NCBI GenBank assembly: GCA_976551045.1
Contig: CDPCPM010000160.1
Span: forward strand, 992,001-1,056,000
DNA length: 64,000 nt
Direction: 5' to 3'
DNA from: Glaucostegus cemiculus
Taxonomy: Eukaryota
Shown here: piece after piece, positions 61,085-64,000 of the stretch
Numbering within the stretch: position 1 is the stretch's first letter
Layout of the letters: every line of letters begins with the position of its first letter
Made by a program: the position numbers and the translations under genes
Notes under the pieces: model-generated
Seen by the model: the letters and a program-made list of their open reading frames with translations, nothing else
Told to the model about the DNA's origin: nothing
Database searches by the model: none

Positions 61085-63480
61085 CAACAGAGAACAGTAT
61101 AGCACATGAACTGGCGGAACCAATTAAACTAATCTTTAAAAGTCCAAATAAATTGGGCCCTTCCTGCTTGCACAATGTCCATATCCCTCAATTCTCTGCA
61201 CATCCATATGCCTGTCTAAGATCATCTTAAACGTCTCTGTCGTATCTGCCTCCACTGCCGCCTCTGGCAGCGCATTGCAGGCACACACTCCACCGTCCGC
61301 CACCAACTCTCTCTGCGTAAAATCGTACCCCGCATATCTCATTTGAACTTACACCCTCACCTGAAATACGTGCCCTCTAGAATTAGATATTCCAACCCTG
61401 GGGAATATGATACCAGCTGTCTCAATGACTATTCCTCTCATAATGTTGTAAACCTCCATCAGGTCTCCCCTCAGCCTGCGCCGCTCCAGAGGAAAAAACC
61501 CAAATTTGTCCAACATCTCCTTATATAATCTAATCCAAGAAGTGTCCTGATGAACCTCTTCTGCACCCTCTCAAAAGTCTTCATATCCTTCCCGTAATAG
61601 GGCGATCAGAGTTGAATGCAATACTCCATTTGCGGCCTAAACAGAGTTTAATAAAATGCAACATAGCTCTCTGACCCTTGAACACAGCGCCTCGTCTAAG
61701 AAAGGCAATTATGCCGTACGTCTTCTTTATGACCAGATGAACATGCGTAGACATTGTCAGGAAGCTTTGCACTTGGATTCCAAGGTCCCTCAGTTAATAG
61801 CACTACCATTCACTGCGAATTGCCCTTTTACATTTTATCTTCCAAAGTCCAGCACCTCACCATTGGCCGAATTTCACTGAATCTACAATTTCTCCGCCCA
61901 GATCTACAATTGATCTTTATCCCACTGTATCCTTTGGCAACATTCTGCGCTATCCACAATGTCACCAATGTTATTGTATCACTGTGAATTTACTAATCCA
62001 TCTATCCAGGATTTAATCCAAGATATATCATCTGTGAAGGACAGCAGCGGTCACGGAACTCCATACAGAATCAGTCCCATATACCACTGCCTGCTGTCTT
62101 ATCTGTGCAAGTCAATTCTGAATCCAAACGGCCAAGTCAACGAGGATCCCACGCATCTCAATATTCTGGATAAGCCGATCATGTGAAACAATGACAAACG
62201 CCTCACTAAAATCCATATAGACAACATCAACAGCCCTAGCCTCATCAATCACTTTCGTCCCATACTCAGAAAACACAAATTAGTAAGACCCGACTTGACC
62301 GGCTCAAAACCATGCTGACTATCCCGAATTAGGCCATGGTTTTCCAAATTCTCATAGATCCTGTCCTTAAGAATCCTCTCCAACAACTGCCCTGCCGGTG
62401 ACGTGAGACTCACCGGTCTGTAATTACCAGGATTTTCCATCGTTCCCTGCTAAAAACAATCGGAAAACATTATCTACTTGCCAGTCCTCCGGGACCTTGC
62501 CTGTAGCAGGAAAGGACACGAAGATCTTGGACAAGAGTCACGCAATATCATCTCTTGACTCTCTCAATAAACTGGGGTATGAACCATCAGGTGTTGTGGA
62601 CACCCACCTTAATTTGCTTCAAGCAACCCAACATTAACTCCTCCTTAATCTCAATATTCCGTCACATATTAGCGCGCTCCACACTGATATCACTATCATC
62701 CACGTCCTCCTCCTTGCTAAATACCGAAGCAAAGTACTCACTTACCACTGTGATGCTGTTCCTCATTAATAGTGCCCCCCACACAGGCACACACACAATT
62801 CTTTTAGTCTCTGCAATGGCCACATCATCATACTTCCATGTATTGATCCATGCTCCATTTTAAGCACCTTTACCCCTTACACTCCAAGCCTTAAAATAAG
62901 CACACTTCATTCCGTCCGTATCATCTTGTCTATTGCCATGATCCTGCATGTCCTTCTTAACAGAGTTACTGGTTGTGACACTTTCCTCTCAGTCCACCAC
63001 TTTCTTACCTGCTACTATGATTTCCATCGCCCCGCCAAACAAGTTTAAATACAACCACGTAGCACTTCAGAACCTCCCGGCCAGTATATTGGTTCCCCTC
63101 CAGTCAATGTGCAACGCATTCCACTTCTGCAGGTTGCCCCTGCCAAAGGTAAGTTTCCAATGACCCAAAAACCTGAAACCCTTCCCGCTGCATCTTCATC
63201 CACACACACATCTGGTCTATCTTTCAATACCTGCCCTGAGTAGCAGGTGACAGCTCGAGTAATCCAGAGATCACTGCCTTCGAGGGTCTGCTCTTCACCT
63301 TCTTTAGCAACTCTATACACACTCTAAGCAGGACCTCTTCCCTCTTTCTTACGACTTCAATGATGTCAATGTGCAACATGACATCAGGCTGCTCACTCTC
63401 TTGCTTGAGAATGTACTAGAGCGCTCAAGGGACATCCTTCATCCTGGCACCTGGGAGGCGTTCCTTTTCAAGCCACAAAA
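61085..63480 (-). mobile_element. CR1-clade LINE remnant, about 2.4 kb
   Basis: NPGNYRPVSLTS..GQLLERILKDRI..L...GLIRDSQHGF motif and CR1 3' end near 61100. Confidence 0.88.
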
Positions 63481-64000
63481 TCTCTTGTCTGTCAACTATC
63501 ACAATTGGACTTCACCCTCCCGCTGAGCCTCAGAGCCGGCCACAGCACCACTGACCTGGCTGCTGTGGAACGCGGAAAAGATGGACTTTCACGCCGGAGA
63601 GTTGAAAATCGACATGGGGGAGTGTCAGCGAAATGGCGTTCAGCATTCCACATGAAGAAAGAAGTGCAGATCAGTTCAATTCAGGCAAGGGTCACTTGGC
63701 AATGAGAATGATGATGGAAAATCACAGGTCAGCCCAGAGGAGAATTGCTAACGCACACGTGATTGATCCAAACCCATCAGCATAACATTTTCTTACCGGC
63801 AATGAAACAAAGTACAATGTAAGTATCGATGTTGTTCAACCAATTAAAGTTGTTATCTCACACAACAAACAAACACATATTGGATATCGTCACAGGAATT
63901 TGCGTTGCAAGCCAAACAGCGTATACTAATAACTCGAGGATACTTTACTCAGCACTAGGCTAGACCATACCAGATAGTGTATCAACAAAAACGATATCTC

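Noticed and set aside
1-64000. Prokaryotic features (operons, CRISPR arrays, rRNA/tRNA genes)
   Set aside because: Sequence is intron-rich vertebrate DNA; the only tRNA-like boxes belong to SINE heads.

Overview
Eukaryotic (vertebrate) genomic DNA, probably from a cartilaginous fish; this is inferred from the CR1/HER1-type LINE and V-SINE landscape. The window holds part of a cluster of three CEACAM (carcinoembryonic antigen family) Ig-superfamily genes in alternating orientation. Gene A (minus) shows only its leader and N-domain exons and runs off the left edge. Gene B (plus, 10668-41157) is complete, with 15 exons: L-N-(A-B)x4-TM-4 cytoplasmic exons. Gene C (minus, 59261 down to 49249) shows A-B-A-B-TM-4 cytoplasmic exons, and its 5' part lies beyond the right edge. 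All exons were assembled by eye from AG/GT sites and compatible phases. B and C both end in an exon-split ITAM-like motif (STYM|GL-x7-YSDL) preceded by a YEN motif. A and B are head-to-head with about 93% identical N-domain exons but much more diverged downstream intron sequence, which fits a gene-converted paired-receptor system. Exon B1 of gene B carries a +1 frameshift. The rest is mostly decayed CR1-like LINEs, SINEs, one L1/Tx1-like fragment and microsatellites. Most ORFs in the supplied track are spurious. Repeat boundaries are approximate.
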